DNA of 63,942 nt, counting the filler, from Albugo candida (Eukaryota): NCBI GenBank assembly GCA_040437565.1. It is 14 parts of 14 records of this genome, joined end to end, with 100 filler letters (N's around TTAATTAATTAA, not from the genome) between each part and the next. Parts side by side here need not be neighbours in the genome. Positions count along the whole stretch, not along the records: positions 59,722 to 63,942 come from JBDOQK010000187.1; 13 more parts are not named here. One strand, 5' to 3'. Made by a program: the position numbers and the translations under genes. Shown piece after piece: positions 61,541 through 63,942 of this stretch; position 1 is the stretch's first letter; each line of letters starts with the position of its first letter. The notes beneath the pieces are model-generated. The model saw only the letters and a program-made list of their open reading frames with translations, was not told the origin of the DNA and made no database searches.

Positions 61541-63942
61541 GAAGAAGAAGAAGAAATTGACTTCACCGAAGAAGGCGATTATAGAGTGGTTGGTGAACAA
61601 TTGGAGGATGACGGTGATGAAGAAGTTGTAGTCAACGAGCCAACAAATGAAGAAGAAAGACAATATTATTCATTATTGTCCGAGTTAAAAAATTTGAAAA
61701 AAAATCAAGAAACTCCGCAGCGTATTGACTTTGGTGATGTTCCACAACAAACCGAATTAAATTATCAAGAGAAGTCCAGTGTTGAATTCATAGCTTTGTT
61801 AAAAGCTGGTGGAGTAGGAAAAAATACCACTGAGAAGATTATCAGTCATCTCAATAAGAGATATGATGATGCAGGTTATAGTAAGTGTGTACTTTTTTAA
61901 CTGTTTAAAAACATAGCGTTTACTAAATAATTATGTTTTTTTTTATTTTAAAGGCGAATTGAAATTTTTAAGTTTGTATAAAACTAAAAAAGTAATTGCT
62001 ACCAAATTGTCACCTATCAAGTCAAAATCTTACAAGACATGTAAATCAGGTTGTACTTTAATCGATCCTCAAAACGATATTCATTGTTTAAACAAGAAGT
62101 GCGTCATTAAAAAACTTGAAGAAAAGACTATCAACCAGTACTCATTGAAGCAACTTCTTGCTCAATTTTTGGCTCATGAGAAGAACAGAAATAAGCTCGA
62201 ATATAAGTCTTCCTTCTTTTCTGAAAATCGCATTGATAAATTCAACGATTTTTACAGTGGATCAGTTTATCAAATCATTTGGAATCAGTCGAGTAACACT
62301 CAAGAAGAAGAAAAGCGCACATTAGACTTGATGATGTATGTGGATGGTTTTGTACCTTCGTGCAGTCGTACCTGTTCAATGACTATGGTCATGTTTACAT
62401 TACAAAACTTGCATCCATCTGAAAGGTAACTCATTCTGCTAATATTTCTTTCTGTAATAATAATGTGTTGATCAAATTGCATTGTTTAATTATAGGTACC
62501 AACAGGAGAACATGTTTATCCCTTTCATCATTAGTGGCGACTCAAAGCCTAAAAACATTTTTACCTTCTTGCAACCTATTTTGAAAGAGTTGATAGAAAT
62601 GGAAAGCAAAGGATTGAGCGTACAAACAATAGATTCACAAATCATCAGTATGAAAGTACGTTTATGTCTTGTCGTTGGAGATATTCCTGGTGTGGCAGAG
62701 TTAAGTCATCACCCGGGCCATATGTCTTATCATGGTTGCAGAATTTGTAAAATAAAAGGTAAAAGACCTCAAGGCCAAACGAAAGGGGGTATTTACTTCT
62801 CAATTTTTGGAGACGACAATGTTGCCGAGGCATGCGCTTATAGAGAAATTAGAGATTTCAAAAGAGTCGGCGAAGAAGTAAGTGAAAATAACTTATTATT
62901 GTTCAACTATTTAAGTTCGTTGTGAGAAAAAGAAAAGGATTAATACTTACATCATTTTTTATTTAGGGTATCAAACGCCAAACTGCTTTTTCTTTGTTAA
63001 ATAGCTTTCATGGTAATAGCTTTTTCGGAATGGACGAAATGCATCTTTGGTGTAACATAGGAAAACAAGTGTGGGCCCTTGTTTCCGATGATTTAAAAAA
63101 GTTTGGAATTGACTCATCAATTTTTTTGAGAGGTGACTATAGAGTGGAGCTTGGGTCATATGCTGAGAATGCTCAACTTGTTAATTCAAATGAATCGCAT
63201 GTTGGTGATTTTTTAGGTAATAATTGCACGGTTTTATTATACGGCTATTGTTGTTACATGGATATTGTACATTTATTAAAAGCTAACGTTGTCGATTTTA
63301 AAACGCAATAGATTTGTCAAGACACGCAGGTCGATCCAGAAGCGTTGATTGGATTGACTTTGTTATGTTTATAATCCAAACATACGTAGTCGATCAAATC
63401 GACAAGCAAAGCAATGACTGGAACAATAAAGTAAAAAAAAGAAAACGATCATCCGAAGCAACTCGACAACTAGCCGAACTACCAGCCTTAACATTATTAA
63501 AGAATGAGACATGTGTTGCTTTAAGCAATTTATCGCAAGCATGTCAACTTTCCCAGATGTCATCACTGACCGAAATAGACATCGTAGCAATAGAAAGGTA
63601 TTATGCTGATGATTAAACGGTTCTTTAAACTATGCAGGTACTGACTTATCAAATAGATACATTGAAACATGGCATTTTTTTTTACACAAACATTGTTCGT
63701 TAAAGATTTTTGTTGCAAACCAACATTATTTATCGCATGTCCCGCAAATCATCCGCCGCCTGGGATGTATGAAATACTACAGCTCGAGACCACTTGAAAG
63801 AACCATCGGAATTGTAAAAAAAAACATCAAGTCCCATCTATGCCAGGAAAGAATGCGGAAAACGTGGTTGCAAGCCGTTACGCGTACGCAAACTCTGCTT
63901 GGTCAGATAATCAATTAGCAGATAAGGCAACAACGAGCAGCA
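61130..63942 (+). CDS. CACTA/CMC-superfamily DDE transposase, at least 6 exons, 3'-truncated, with one apparent frameshift
   Basis: Exons 61130-61880, 61954-62425, 62496-62877, 62967-63216, 63312-63597 and 63657-end join in frame through GT-AG introns. Motifs: N-terminal CITC..H..H, YVDGF, GDIPGVAEL..GHMSYHGCRIC, DEMHL, NQHYLSH and LERTIG. Confidence 0.85.
61463..61556 (+). repeat. (CAA)n/(GAA)n microsatellite encoding polyQ-polyE in transposase exon 1
   Basis: Directly visible CAA run with two AAA interruptions, followed by GAA x5. Confidence 0.95.

Noticed and set aside
61244-61663. Poly-Leu membrane protein (minus strand) and poly-Asn ORF 61440-61631
   Set aside because: Alternative readings of the CAA microsatellite in transposase exon 1.

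Overview
This is not continuous genome. It is a eukaryotic 'unplaced' pseudomolecule of 14 contigs of about 4.2-4.7 kb, sorted by decreasing length and joined by 100-bp linkers (44 N + TTAATTAATTAA + 44 N). Two sequence populations are visible. (1) Moderate-GC contigs look oomycete, most likely Albugo. They carry a signal-peptide CHxC/CCG effector, an intron-containing RPL6 gene with a candidate intronic C/D snoRNA, two decayed MULEs, an intact but circularly permuted Ty1/Copia element and a ~418-bp satellite. One MULE can be closed across two contigs with a 9-bp TSD. Three contigs are copies of one amplified cassette in which convergent, intact, pepsin-fold-like genes lacking DTG/DSG motifs flank a dead myosin-IQ-ankyrin gene and a second dead gene. 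(2) Four very AT-rich contigs with short GT-AG introns carry a Helentron/Helitron2-type RepHel gene and CACTA/CMC-type transposases, each head-to-head with an unknown partner gene. These resemble Mucoromycota transposons and may come from a co-sequenced fungus. The most novel candidate is the expanded family of apparently non-catalytic aspartic-protease-like proteins, secreted in the one complete member, and the cassette that amplified it. All family assignments are from motif reading by eye; no searches were run.
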